Assembly (NCBI RefSeq): GCF_006345805.1 | Contig: NC_043010.1 | Coordinates: 46,438,001-46,502,000, forward strand | DNA: 64,000 nucleotides | Source of the DNA: Octopus sinensis | Lineage: Eukaryota | Reading direction: 5' to 3' | Shown: one piece after another, positions 25,909 to 40,385 of the stretch | Position numbering within the stretch: the stretch's first letter is position 1 | How the letters are laid out: every line of letters begins with the position of its first letter | Notes under the pieces: model-generated | What the model saw: only the letters and a program-made list of their open reading frames with translations | Database searches by the model: none | What the model was told of the DNA's origin: nothing | Translations under genes and position numbers: made by a program

Positions 25909-26338
25909 GCCTTTAGTATTCAGGTCATTCCGTTGCATATAATCTTCATTCATTCATTCACATTGTTTTGAATTAATCGTTCTTTGGGTACAGGCATGGC
26001 TGTGTGGTAAGAAGCTTGCTTCTCAATTACATGGTTCCGGGTTCAGTCCCACTGTGTGGCACTTTGGGCAAGTGTCTTCTACTATAGCCTCAGGCTGACC
26101 AAAACCTTATGAGTGGATTTGGTAGATGGAAACTGAAAGAAGCCCATTATGTGTATGTGTGTGTTTATATGTGTGTCTATGTTTGTCCCCACCAGCGTTG
26201 CTAGAGATTTCAATGAGGCAATGATTATTTTTAGAATGACAATATAGGGTAGGTGTGAAAGGCTGGATGTGGCCAGAACTGAACATAAAGCAGACAGAAG
26301 GTTTGGGTTAGATATGCTCAGTTACAATTTCTAAAGGG
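25909..26338 (-). mobile_element. Second piggyBac-type MITE sharing the TTAA at 25905-25908, interrupted by a SINE
   Basis: GCCTTTAGTATTCAGG start. SINE at about 25988-26192; body resumes and ends CTAAAGGG TTAA (26339-26342). Confidence 0.7.
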
Positions 26339-28033
26339 TTAAATATAAAAGGTAAATCAATACAGAACATCAATAGATAGCCATTTCTGACTCTAATACT
26401 CTAATCTTGACAACGTTTAAAAAAACAAAACTAAACCAAATAACTGAGGTTACGGTTGAATTCATGACCTTTATGGTAATATTTAGATAGGTGCTTGATG
26501 CAAACATGTCTAATTTACTTTGAGCTGACATATTTTTTGCTTTCTTATCATAAAAGCGGTACATACAGCTGCTACCAGATAACTTCTGTCAGTAAACTCT
26601 AAAGTAAGTTACAGATGTTTATTGCTTGCCAGATATTTTCTTTCAGTTATTTAATAGCTTCCCAGATGTTAGAACTTTTTTTTTATTAATCTGTTTAGAA
26701 TATTTCTTGTCGTTGTTTTCCGCCATTCTTGAGAATAAACTACTTTCTATGTTGGGATTCATTAATAAATATATTTTTCTTTCCCCTGTCTTTTTTTCTT
26801 TCTTTTTTTTTTGTTTTGTAACTAAATTGTTCAAGAATCTTGAAACATATTTCTCCATACATTATTAATGTCAGAATTCTTAGACTATTAGTATTCATGA
26901 AGATTATAAATGGTTTGCCAGCACTAAGATTTGCATTTTCCACACCTTGTAAACAGAGGCGTAACTACTGGAACAACAGAAATTTGGTTTATGTCAAATA
27001 TCACTGCTCAAAATATCTTTCTATATTTTACTTGTTTCAGCCATTGAACCATGGCCATGCTGAAGCACCACCTTGAAGGTTTTAGTTGAACAAATTGACC
27101 ACCATGCCAAACTGCTAAGTTATGTGGATGTAAACAAGCCAACACCAGTTGTCAAATAATGACAGGGGACAAACATAAACACACATACACATATGTATAT
27201 TGACCACCATACTGATATTTTTTTTAAGCGTTGTACTTATTCTATCAGTTTCTCATGCCAAACTGCTAAATTATGTGGATGTAAACAAGCCGACACCAGT
27301 TGTTAAGCAATGATAGTGGACAAACATAAACACACATACGCACACACGATATGATATATAATGGGTTTCTTTCAGTTTCCATTTACCAAATCCACTCACA
27401 AGGCTTTCGTTGGCCAAGGGCTATAGTAGAAAACACTTGCTGAAGGTGGCATACAGTGGAACTGAACCTGTGATAAAATATTCATGCTGTCATACAGTGG
27501 GAGTGAACTTTGGGTGTCATGATTGCAAAGATCATCAGCCTAAAGTTATTTGCTGTTAGAATTGTAATCATAATGAGCAGTTTTAACCTTTCATGCCCTT
27601 GTCAAAACATCTTACTTTGCACTTCCAACAAAGTGTAACATGTATACACAGAAAGAATATACCTTACTAGAACAACATATAAAAAAACAATATATTACTT
27701 AAAAATCAGTGAAAAAAAACATAGAACATTTTATAAGAATCCTTAATTATAGCAGAAATAACACCATAAATTAACCTATAAATGTCATGTTTTTTTTATT
27801 CCGAAAATTATTTATATAAACTTGTAATTTGAATTAAAAATAACTCTCCTTGTCTCCCAGCCAGCAGAGAAAAAAATGTAAAAACTTTGTTAAAAATTTC
27901 CCATAGTTCTTTGCATTTCATAATCATGTGACACTAAGTCTCTCCTTTTCACCCTCTTACATATACAGTTGTATAGAGTGAGTCGTACACAACCTGTAAA
28001 TATGAGCTTTGTAAAACTATTTACCACACTCTG

Positions 28034-28067
<34 letters not shown>

Positions 28068-28537
28068 TACACACACATTTGCATAGCTATGTGTGTATAT
28101 AATTACTACATCAACACTGTTTATCCAATATTTGATCAACAAACAGAATTAATAGGGCTTCACAAACCTTGAAGAAGTATAAGATCTGTTGAGAAACAGT
28201 GGTACAAGTGATCTTTTGGGGGAATGTCTTCAACAACACACACCTTTCAACTTATTGAGTGCATGTTACAGCATTGAGTTACCTGCTACTTCCTTGCTCA
28301 CACTTCCTTGCTTAACCCAATAAACAACATTTGCAAGTGTCAAATCTTAAAAGATTTGTCTGTAAACAATTTTTTGTTGATCTAAACATCATTTCATGTA
28401 ACAAATGTTTTTACTTGCTTTGGTGTCACTCAGAAAAATTTTCAAATTAAACAGTGTTTGTTTTTATTTTTATTATTTTTTTGTATGATAGTTTTTTTTT
28501 TAGTCATAAGAGAGGGAGGCCTTGTGATCCTTTATAG

Positions 28538-28742
28538 CAGTGGTTCTTAACCAGGATCCATATGACCCCTTATGAAAAAGAAAGTTTGATTTAGATGTAT
28601 TTATTGTAAGAAACAGCTAGGTTTTTCTGGCTTATACAAATGAATGTGTGATACACAAAATAAAAAACTTTGAAAGAAATATTTAGGAGACTAGTTTTCT
28701 GAATATTGAATGGCTGTAAGGATCTACCATTGAGAACCACTG
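28538..28742. mobile_element. hAT-type MITE with perfect 8-bp TSD
   Basis: TIRs CAGTGGTTCTTAA / TTGAGAACCACTG; TSD CTTTATAG at 28530-28537 and 28743-28750. Confidence 0.9.
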
Positions 28743-29867
28743 CTTTATAGGGTCTTCAAAACTGGTGGATTAAATGAAGATCCTCTTAAACAAGAGCTAT
28801 AGTGCTCATGCTTGCAACAAAGCAATTTCTGCTAAAGTCACCCAAAGCATGGTAGTGGATGTTAAACCAGTGTTCAGATTTAGTCTAACACCGATCATAT
28901 GTATGGAGAGGAGATTATAACTGTATCTTGATGAAGAAGTAGAATGAAAATTGTAAAGAAATAATATATTTTCTTCTGTATTTGAGTATATAAACATGTT
29001 TTTGTACTTCATCAGTATAAACACATTGTTGTTTATTTGCTACCGCCTGATAGTTAATTAATCTGTCATAATCAACACATGTGAAACAATTAAAAATGAT
29101 TAGGTTAGGATAAAAAAAAATTAGCCAATATCAACAACATTGACAGGTTGTTCTAAATTACTAGAGACATAATATACATTTATAAACTAAAAGACAAGTC
29201 ATTATTATTTTAAATTTTAAAAAAATGTCTTTCCCTTTTTCTCTTTATATTAACTATATTTAGAAGGAAGTCAGTAACCTGAAAATATTACTCATAAAAT
29301 TGAATGATTTATCTTCAGTCATAATTATTGTAGTTTTTTGTGGATTCGTTGATAGGCCTCAACAGCATGTCAGCTGCATTATATTTATAAATGATTGCCC
29401 AAGTGAACATTATGAGCAAAATGTTATCTAGGTAGAAGTAAACCTAAGTTTCTTTTACAATCATTTTCAATCTTTAATATAAATATTGGATTTCTTTTTC
29501 CTTCCTTTCCCATTTTCTTATTGCTTAGTTTCTCTCTTTCACATACACTTGCCTCTTCCTTTTTTTTTTAATCATTGACAAAAAAAAAAAGATTTTACCA
29601 TAAGATTGATTATATATAGTAGTCATTACAACCGATTGCAACAGATTAGATAATTCTCCATGATCTCGCATTACCTGATAGTTGTCGTCATCATCATCAT
29701 CATCATCATCATCCTACAGTGTGGTTGAACAATCAATCCAGGCCAAGACATGTTTAAATTAGTTATTATGTCAATTCATAGTTGAATGTTATAGTTTTAA
29801 CTGTTTTGTACTAGTTTTCCTGATGGAATTTCCTCAGGAATTGTTAAAAGATTTAAAATCTGCTTAA

Positions 29868-30091
29868 CCCTTTAACATTTCAGATTACTCTGTCAAATTT
29901 AATGCTTATTTATTCATCACATTGTTTTAAATTAATCCTGCATTATCTCATAGCTTTGAGATTTCAATGGTGTAATTGTTTATTTTTGCAACAACATAGT
30001 TGGGTAGGTGTGAAAAGCCAGATCCGGATGATTTGAATATAAAATGGGTAAAATATTTTGGCTGGATGTGGTTGGTTTAAATGCTTTAAGG
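29868..30091 (-). mobile_element. piggyBac-type MITE, complete
   Basis: TTAA CCCTTTAACATTT ... AAATGCTTTAAGG TTAA. Confidence 0.85.
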
Positions 30092-31009
30092 TTAAATTAT
30101 TTATGGATATGGTTTATTATGCTTGACCATTTCATAGGAATACAATGAGCGATCAGTGTGCAAGTTTGATCAGTGTTAACGTGTAATCAAGGGTGGAACC
30201 CAAGATTTGCATCATCACTCTTTATCAATCAAAAACAAAGCTTTGTGTTCTTATTGCAATGTGGCTTCCTTAACCCTTTTGTTATTGTATTTATTTTGAG
30301 ATGTTCTATGTTTCTTTCAATTACTTGAAATATAACAAAGAATTTAGTAAAATAACTTAGTTATCATTCAGCTAGTGTTAGGAACATAAATTGTGACTAA
30401 GGTTTGGTGGAAGAATCATGTAAGAGAAAAAGGATAGATAAATCAACCTAAACCTTAAAAGTGGGATGCTTTGATATATAAGAAGGAGCTCATAAGGCCT
30501 TGTCCTAACATATTGCTAAGGTGGTCATACTAAAACTATTCAACAATGAACCTATACTTAAATTAAGATATCATCAGAGTAGGAGTACATATTGAATCAA
30601 AACCAGAGATTAAAGGCTACACAAATAAGATAAATATTTCTATATCAGGTAAACTTATTTAAAAAAACTTTGAAAAATTATTTTTCTATAAAAATTAGCA
30701 ACATTATGAAAAAAACATGTAATGATATAAGAAGGGATAAAAATATAAGACGGTACAAAAATATCACATATATGTACATAACACTATTGTGTATATATAT
30801 ATATATATATATTTAACGGGAAAATTTACGAAAATAAACAAAAGACGAAGGCAGGTGGAGTACAAACAAACAAATGTATTAGTATAGCGCTCAGGAATAG
30901 AAATAGAAAAAGTCTTTTACATTTTGAGCCTACGCTCTTCGACAGAAAGATACACAGAAAAAAACAAGGAGAGAAAAAATGCATGTAGGAGCTAACGATC
31001 TATCATGGC

Positions 31010-31040
<31 letters not shown>

Positions 31041-31489
31041 ATAAAATCACTAAACAGTAGGATATCATTCACTAGAAACCTAAAATTTAGAATTAACTAC
31101 AATAAGATATAAATATACTCAAATTATCATATAGTTAAATTAATTTATATAACTACAATTTACTGTATATTCTCTAATACTCTTATACAAATTTATTTGT
31201 TTCATACATATAAATATGGTTTTGCTGGAGCCCAACTTTTATCTGAACAAATCAACCTTTAGACCCATTCAATATAAACTCAGTACTAATTCAATCAGTA
31301 TCAAATTTATAACCACTATTTTAATATATTTTAATCTAAAAACTATAATTTAATTAATATTCATTAATAAATTATATTAATTAATTAAATAAACATCTAA
31401 AAGAAATCTAATACAAAGTCATGTTGACTAATATATAATGATAATGTTTTATATATTAGTCATCCTTCATATAAACATTACTTTATTCT

Positions 31490-31905
31490 TTCACTTGTTT
31501 CAGTCATGTAACTGTGGCCATGCTGGAGCACTGCATTAAAGCGTTCTAGTTGAAGAAATCAACCCCAGAACTTATTCTTTGTAAGCCTAGTACTTATTCT
31601 ATCAGTTTGTTTTGCTGAATCACTAAGTTACTGGGACATAAACACACCAGCATCAGTTGTCAAGCGATGGTGGGGGGGGACAGACACATGCACACATAAA
31701 TACATACATACATATCTATATTATATATATGCACACACACACATACACCCAATGAGCTTCTTTCAGCTTCCATCTACCAAATCCACTCACAAGGTTCTGG
31801 TCAGCCTGAGGCTATAGTAGAAAACACTTGTCCAAGGTACCATGTAGTGGGAATGAACTTGGAACTATGTGATTGGAAAGCAAGCTTCTTATCACACAAC
31901 CACGC
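31490..31905 (-). mobile_element. Composite SINE, full copy, reverse
   Basis: CTTGTTTCAGTCATG...GCCATGCTGGAGCAC...AAATCCACTCACAAGG...CACACAACCAC. Confidence 0.85.
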
Positions 31906-33118
31906 CCTGTGCCTCATATAAAATATATCTTTTCTCCTTGTTTACGTAGATAAAACCCATCAATATTTCAACAGTACCATAGAGCCAAAGTGAAAGTATT
32001 TTGGAAGCTCACTATATATCATGTGCATGTCAGGATGATATATGTGAGTGTGTGTGTGTGTGTGTGTGTGTAATTGTATGTTGTTTTGTTATTCTTTATA
32101 TGATAAAAAAGCATCATATGTAATTTATTCAATTAAAGCCTTCAAATACATTTGCTGCAAGTAATTAACTGAAAAAATGAATATTTATGACCCAAGGTAT
32201 ATCCACAGGTGTCCAGTAATAAAATGAATATATAGATAGCTTTCCTACTTCATAGTTTAATTGAGTCACAGGTTTGGATGGGAAAATAAAGACTTAAAAC
32301 ACCTGTTGCAACGTACAAGTATTCTGATATACTAATAAATAATTAACATACTTGCAACCTATTATAATGTTAAAATATGTTGAATTTATAATCATGCATC
32401 AATATGTTTCCACTCATCATCAATATTGAATACTGAATATGAATATTGAAACAGACTCCTTCTGAAGCAGTAATTTTATTTATCAGTGAAAACACCATTA
32501 GCTTCACCTGCAAGCTTACAGATGGGCGTGGGGGGGGGGTGGAATAACGTAACTTACTAGCAGTCAGGAATAATTGCTTTGACATCATTCTTTAAATTAG
32601 CTAAACACTTTCAAATTCTAAATGATATTACATATTATATGCATCAGTTTGAGGTGGGGAAAAAGCAACAGAAAACTTGTTACTCTTTTTCCTTCTCAGA
32701 TCAGTGCTTATAATATGTATTATAATTTACCTTATGAAAAAATAAAAACTTACCAAAATCCTTCAATTCTCTTCTATGACTATTATAGAAATTGTGCACA
32801 ACACTTTTTTTTTTTTTAGATATGTTCTGTTCCAATGAATAGGAAAAAACCAGTACAGGTCAATATGCCAATATTTTGTTGCAGAAAGACACCTTTTCTG
32901 CAACATTTTTCACTATATTTCCTTTAATATCCTGCATTTACCAATTGTCTGGTATGTTGTATTGTTAGTTATTTTAAAAAATCTCATTTATTTTCTCATT
33001 TTATATATGCTTTATCTGGTAATAAACATGTCCTTTATTTCATACCTGCCATATTATTACTGATCTGAAAAAGAAAATGTACAATTTCATACCCCACCAT
33101 TCTGCTATACTCACATAT

Positions 33119-33164
<46 letters not shown>

Positions 33165-36100
33165 AATACACCATTGCAATTGACATGAATGAAATCTGTA
33201 ATGTTGTTTGGAATTTTTTTCTATATTTTCTTAATCATATTTGAGCATCGTTAAAAGAGAAATATATTTATAATTAATTTTCTCCTCTCTTTTTCCATTT
33301 CATTAATTGTCTCATGGTTCTGGAATCCTTACATAAAGATTGAGCTCCATGTGATGCTTCCAACTTCAGGACTTTTTTTGTGAGGATAACCAGTAGTGAT
33401 TTCTCATTGCTTGCTCAAGGCCTACCTCAGGGCTTGAAGTCAGCACTATAAATTAATAAAACTTCATCAGTAACTCAATACTCCCACCTGCAATAGGTAC
33501 ACTGATCCCTACTTTATTGCATGATATCTATTTATGGTTAAAAGTAGTTTCAGAAAACTGGTGGTAGTCTGTGTGGGTAAAAATTATACAAACAAATTCG
33601 AGAGTTTGGATAAATTTGTATGTTGTGTGGGTCAGAGGAGAGAGGAACCTTCTGATGTTCTGGAATAAATCATACAGTTGAAAGTTTCTCAGAATGTCCT
33701 CTTCCTTTACTTCTCATGGCATTCAAACTTATCAAAACTCACAAACTTCACTATTTACTGTTTAGTGAACTGAGCCAATGATCATTCAGGCAAACACATG
33801 GTATAATCCTTAACTAGATGCAAATGTTTTGAACATCCTCCACTCAGCTGTCAGGCTGGCATTGTATTCACTTGATTTTATTTGAATAAAAGTTCATTAT
33901 TTTCTGAAATGTATATATTATTATTTCTCATTTGAGGCTATAGTAGAAGACACTCAAAGTGCCATGCAGTAGTACTGAACTCAGAAACATGAAGTTGGGA
34001 AGCAAGTTTCTTACCATACAGTCATACCTGCACCTATGCTGTATAGATACGGGGAAACTTCTAACAGTTACACAAATCTCAGCAGAAATAAACGGAAATA
34101 GAATTTGCCACAAAATACGATGCCAGTCTATCATGGAATATGTAAATATGATGAATGCCAAATATTTTCATTGTAAATTCTATTATCAGTGGTTTAACCA
34201 TTTCTAACCATTTTATATCTACAACTACTGGAAGTACTACTACAGATAACTATTCTTGGAAATCCTGAAGGATATTTCTTTTAGTGAGTTATAGAAAGAC
34301 AATTTTTCCAAGCATTTTACTGGAAATGAAGCAGTGGTTTACATTTAAAATAAAGCAAAATGTGTTTTGATTATAATACATACATGCATTTGCTATTCAG
34401 TCTTTGGTTAACTAAAAGTGAATTCGGTTTAATAATCAGAATATTGGCTTTTGTCTGGATTTATATTATATTCATCTTTTCTCTTAACAATATGTTATAA
34501 TTATTATAATTGTATGCTCTACCTGTAATTAAAATCATACTCTCAAAACAGCAACTTCTGTGATCTCTGCTTTTGAAAACACACACATACTCATAATCAT
34601 AATCATGGAAATAGATAATATAAATAAACTCAGAAAACAGCCAGTTTAGCAATGCTATAGCCTCAACATAATAGAAATAATACTCAGAATAATAATAGCG
34701 TTGCAGATGAAAGGCATTCACTGTGTGGTTATAACATAAATCTATCTATTCATAAAATTGTTTGTAAAATGGAGAAATGAAGCTTTAATATAAAACAGTC
34801 ATTCCAGTTAGGAATATTGATGTATTATTATTAAGGAAACCAACAGAGGCTGGTGGATCAGTAAAATCAGTAGAGCGTTGTTAGTATTTAGTTATGTACC
34901 TTTACATTCTCAATTCAAATGCAGCTAGGATCAACTTTACCTTTCATCTTTCAGAGTTGAGAAAATCAAGCACTCCTACTGTTGATCTAATCAATCGTAC
35001 CATTCCTCCAAATGCATAGCCTTGTACATCATCATTACCATTGTCGTTTTATAGTGTCCATTTTAAAAAATTTTTTTTTTTTATCATGTTTGCATGGGTC
35101 AGAAAGAATTTGGTGAAACAGATTTTCTACTGCTAGATACTCTTTTTTTTGCCAGCTCTCGCCTGTTTCCAAGTAAGGTAACATTTTTCCTTGTGGAGGT
35201 ACATGGTCTAGTGGTTAGAGCAGCGGACTAGCAGTTGAGGGATTGCGAGTTCGAATCTCAGACTGAGCAATGTGTGTGTTTATGAGCGAAACACCTAAGC
35301 TCTATGCGGCTCCGGCAGATACCAACCTATCTGAGACTATTCCTCACATCCATTTCCATGATACAAATGTCTTAGTTTAATATAATCTAAATTAAAACCT
35401 TACATCAGAATTCCAGACTAATTTATGTTCCAAATACCTGCTTAATAATAACAAATTATTTTACTATAGGTGCAGGCATGGCTGTGTGGTAAGAAGTTTT
35501 CCCAACCACATTGTTCTGGGTTCAATATCACTGCATGGTACCTTGGACAGATGTCTTCTACAATAGGTTCAGGCCGACCAAAGCCTTGTGAGTGGACCTG
35601 GTAGACAGTAAATGAAAGAAGCCCATCGTATGTGTGTGTATTTCCTACACACACATACTGCTTGACAATTGGTGTTAGTATGTTTATGTCTCCATAACTT
35701 AGCAGTTCAGCACAAGTTATCAATAGAATAAGTACTGGGGTTGATTCATTTGACTAAAATTCCTTGAGGTGGTGCCCCTGCACGGCCTCAGTCTAATGAC
35801 TGAAACAAGTGAAAGACAAAAGCTAAGAGATAAATTCTTTGTCACATTTTTGAAATTAACTGAAACAAAGGCCATATATTTCAACAGAAATATAGTAACA
35901 AAGGGATTAAACTGCAATATGAGCAGCTTCTGCACAGCAGTTAATTTACCTACACACTGTAGAAACAAAACCTCCCTCAACAAACTCCTTATCCACCTTT
36001 CATATAGAGATCACCTCATTAAAAATCATTCAACTATAACATTGAATGAATGATTCTTTAGAAGTGAGAAAATATGAAGACATTTCACTGATTTCTTCAT

Positions 36101-38224
36101 TATTACCTCCTGGTAGTTCATGTCTAATGACCTGAACTGTTGAATTTTCATTTCTATTGTATGTATAATGCCTATCGGTGAAGTATTTATGGATACAACA
36201 CAATGCTGAACTAACCATTCATGCGAAGAATTGTTGTGCTCTCAAACTGTATTATGAAAATAGCTTTATCATGCATTACATCTTTCTTGAAGCATGTAAT
36301 TTGATTATGAATTTTTATTTTTTAAATTTTGAATAGCATTTGGTTTTAAACTTTGAATAGAGTCCAAAATTACATCTTGGCATTGTATAAAAGCATTTCT
36401 GTTATTTAGCATGCCAAAATTTAAAACAATGGTGAAGTTGCAGGATTGTGTTTCTAAGTGTTAATCTTCATTCTGTTCTTGAAGCAGCAAAGCTAGTTTT
36501 CCAGAAATCTACAAGAAACTAATTCCATTGGTTATCTTACTGATGTAAAATATATATTCTAATATTTGGGGATGGTCAATTTTTGTCAATTAAACACATG
36601 CACTATGTACTTGGTCTTCACTTCAGCTTTATTATTATTATTTTTTTAATGTCCTTTGTCTGAAATCTTTCATCACACATCCTGTGACCTCTTCAGTGAC
36701 TCTCCATCTCACGTGTCTCCTCCTGTTTCAGACAAAGGACACTAAAATAAGAATAATAATAATAAAGCTGTAGTAAAGACCAAGTATATAGTGCATGTGT
36801 TTAATCCACAAAAATATAACCATCCCCAAATATAACAATATCTGCTTCAACTCATGATTCCACATCGGGAATCTTGCAAAACAAATGCATGAACATAACA
36901 TATATCTCACCTGAACAAATTGACCCCAGTGCTTATTTTTAAGCGTGGTACTTATTCTGTTTGTCTCTTTTGCCAAGCTACAAAGTTATGAGGAGGCAAT
37001 CAAACTAGCACCAGTTGTCAAGCAATGGTGATAGACAAACACGAAAACACACATACATACACACACACATACACACACACATACATACACATCAGGCTTC
37101 TTCTAGTTTCTGCCTACCAAATCCACTCACAAGGTTTTGGGCAACCTGAGGCTATAGTAAAAGACACCTGCCCAAGGTGCCATGCAGTGGATTGGACCCA
37201 GAACCATGTGGTTGGGAAGCAAATTTCTTACCACTCAGCCACACTTGCACCTATGTTTGTGTATGTGTGTGTCAAATTCACTCACACAGCATTGCTCAGC
37301 CTGGGGCCCAAGTAGAAGAGACTTGGCTAAGGTTCCTTGTAGTGAGATTGAACCTGTAGCAGTAAAGGGAGCTTTTTAACCACACAGCCATGCTTGCATG
37401 AATCTTTCCTGACAGAGAATATTCCTCTGCAATACTGGAGAAAAATCTGCACAGCACCTGAATTATGAAATAAACAATATATCCTATCGGTATGTAAGGT
37501 ATATCACTCTTTTTAATACCCATATAGGTGCACTTTTGGCTATGTAGTTAAGATGTTTGCTTCCCAACCAAGTGGCACCTTGGGCAAATGCCTTCTACTA
37601 TAGCCCTGGACTGACCAAAACATCATGAGTGGATTTGGTAGATGGAATCTAAAACAAGTCCATCATGCACATGTGTTTGTGTGTAAGAGCATGTATGTGC
37701 AAGCATATGCACCTTCTCATCTTCCATGAAAACATGTCTGGACATGGGTAAATACTGCTGTGCTTGGAAGCATGTGAGGGTTACCAACAGAAAGGGCATC
37801 CCAGCCATAGAAAATCTGACTCATTGAATTCTGTTTTACTTATGCTAGTATAGAAAAACTCATCAAAACTATGATGGTGGTGATGATATAATTTTAGCCT
37901 TAGGGAGAAGGAATGTTCTTCTTGTGCCCATGGAGAGATTAGTAGCTTATAGTTATTTCTAGAATTAGTCTGTACACTTTTCATCTATATATTTCTTTTG
38001 ATTTTCCAAAGCCATAAAGTATTCTATAATACATAGATGGCATATAACAATATTAATTGGATTGTAAGGGGTAAATAAACTCCTTACAAGCCCATTAAGC
38101 ATGTATTCACATGCATGCACACATTCACATATAGATGCATACACACACACTCATATATATATAATATAAATAATATATAAATATATGCATATATACATAC
38201 ATATATGTACATACCTACATCTAT

Positions 38225-38420
38225 ATGTATATATACATGCATATATGGGTACAGGTCATCAAAAAAAACGTTGAACAACGAAAAAACAAGAGTACAAGAC
38301 ATGCAACACAAGGGATATTTCCCTTCTTCAGTTGTCCTTGTTTCGTCTACTCCACGTTTTGAAGGTAAGGACAAGATGCGACTTCATTGAAACAGTCCTT
38401 CCCGCAAAGGAAATTAAATA
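38225..38420 (-). mobile_element. Possible Penelope-like terminal fragment within (TA)n
   Basis: Minus-strand GACGAAAC...CTGAAGAAGGG motifs in a TA-repeat context; weak. Confidence 0.35.
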
Positions 38421-38963
38421 AAATTTATATATATATATAACAAGTGAAGAATGGATGTATAGGTACCATATTTATTCTTTGGTTACAGCTGTTTCAACAA
38501 CACATAGGTTAGATAAATCATTTAACAAGTTGGAAATTGTGAATATGCACAATGATTTTGTAACATTGGTTGTATCACAAAAAGCCCAGGAGTGCTAACT
38601 GAGGTAACTACTTGGATTCCCAGATCCCCTTTCATTTGCTATATTATATATATATATATGAAGGGGTGCTGAAAAGTTCTTGGTATTGTAGGGTAGTTGT
38701 GAGAGTTTACATCTGGTCACCTTTAACATGAAACATGGAGAATATATGGGCCAGATATGGCTTGATAAATGCTAAAGTATTAATCACTTCATGGACATAA
38801 TAAGAAAGGTATTCTTTCTCTGATGAAGACCTAACAAGACTAGAAACTTGTCAGATTGATCCCTTTTTTTTTCTCTCACAAAAAGATAAAAATTTTCATG
38901 TAACCATTTTGTCTACTTTTCACAGTAAGACTTAAATTGTATGTTTGTTATTTTAAGAAAAAA

Positions 38964-39269
38964 TTTGTTGTTGTTGTTTGTTTCTTCTTGAGCCACACCT
39001 AGCTCATAAGGGCCGGTTTCCTTTGTGTATAGGTTCCCCACCTGGATGGGACGCCAGTCCATCTCAAGTAAGCTGCAAAATGCAGGAGGAAAGAGCGAGA
39101 GAAAGTTGTGGCGAAAGAGTCAGCAGAAGTTCGCCATTATCTTCTGCTGGAGCCGTGTGGAGCTTAGGTGTTTCACTCATAGACACACACATTGCTCGGT
39201 CTGAGATTCAAAGCCACGATCCCTTGACCGCGAGTCTGCTACTCTAACCACTAGGCCATGTGCCTCCAC
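38964..39269 (-). mobile_element. Full-length SINE, same family as 11689-12016
   Basis: Colinear; (AAC)n tail; AAGAAAAAA duplicated at 38955-38963 and 39270-39278. Confidence 0.85.
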
Positions 39270-39884
39270 AAGAAAAAAGTAAACATTTCAAATTACACCC
39301 TGCTCACTGAAATTAAAAGAAAAAACCAAAACAATACCTGCATAGTGCACAGGGAGTAAAGCTTTTGCTAGTACATCCGTACATGGCTGATGTCAGCGCT
39401 GCCTTGACTGGCTTCCGTGGCCATTGTCAGCCACCCCTGGCACTTGTGCCAGTGGCACATAAAAAGCACCCACTACACTCATGGAGTGGTTGGCATTAGG
39501 AAGGGCATCCACCTGTATAAACACTGCCAGATCAGACTGGAGCCTGGTGCAGCCTCCTGGCTACCCAGACCCTGGTTGAACCGTCCAACCCATGCTAGCA
39601 TGGAAAACGGACGTTAAACGACGATGATGATTTCTGTTGAAATACACTGCTTTTGTTTCAATTAATTTTTTAAATAATGAAGAATTTAGTAAAATAACTT
39701 TGTCATTATTAAACTGGTGTTTAGAACAAATTAACATGAAATTTTGCTGAAGAGTTTAATTTAGATCACTTTAAAATAAGGAGTTTGTATCATAAAACCA
39801 AGGGTTTCTCAAGGGCGGAATGATATCAAATGGGTTAACCTATGGTTATTAGTTTGTTAGTTTATCAACTCAACTAGCTGCCAT

Positions 39885-40385
39885 CCAGTCACATTACATG
39901 ACCAAGAGCATATAATGGATGAGAACTGCTGAATCAAGAAGTGCCAATCTCTAATTGTGGATGGAACATGTGGAAGGGGTAGACCCAGGAAGACGTGGGA
40001 TGAAGATGTGAGAAAGGACCTTCAGACGCTGGGGATCACAAGGGACCAAGACTTGTGGCAGTTTGCTGTGAGAAGACCTGTCAAGCTAAGTAAAATCATG
40101 TTGTCCTTGCATACAGGCTGACCCTTGCACCCCTCTTGAGCATTCCTAATTTTGCAGGCTCATGGGTGTTGGTACCACGTAAAAAGTACCCATGCCGGTT
40201 CCACCTAAAAGCACCCATGCTGGTGCTGTATAAAAGCACCCAGTATATTCTGTGAAGTGATTGGCATTACGAAGGGCATCCAACCAAAACAGACATGGAG
40301 CCCTGGCAGCTCTTCAGCTTGTCAGCTCCTGCCAAACCATCTAACTGATGTCAGCATGGAAAACAGATGTTATATGATAATGATG
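39885..40385 (+). mobile_element. RTE/BovB-like LINE 3' end with 3' UTR and (GAT)n tail
   Basis: IKKCQSLIVDGTCGRGRPRKTWDEDVRKDLQTLG...DQDLWQFAV, followed by the AAAAGCACCC...GAAGGGCATCC...GCATGGAAAA...(GAT)n module seen as solo copies at about 13830, 25620, 39400, 53050, 53750, 62700 and 62950. Confidence 0.8.

Noticed and set aside
28283-28345. Minus-strand 63-nt candidate exon (LTLANVVYWVKQGSVSKEVA)
   Set aside because: Good donor but weak acceptor and no homology.
29675-29713. Minus-strand AG...GT-bounded 39-nt microexon encoding DDDDDDDDDDNYQ
   Set aside because: Built on a (GAT)n microsatellite that is common here; poor pyrimidine tract; no partner exons found.
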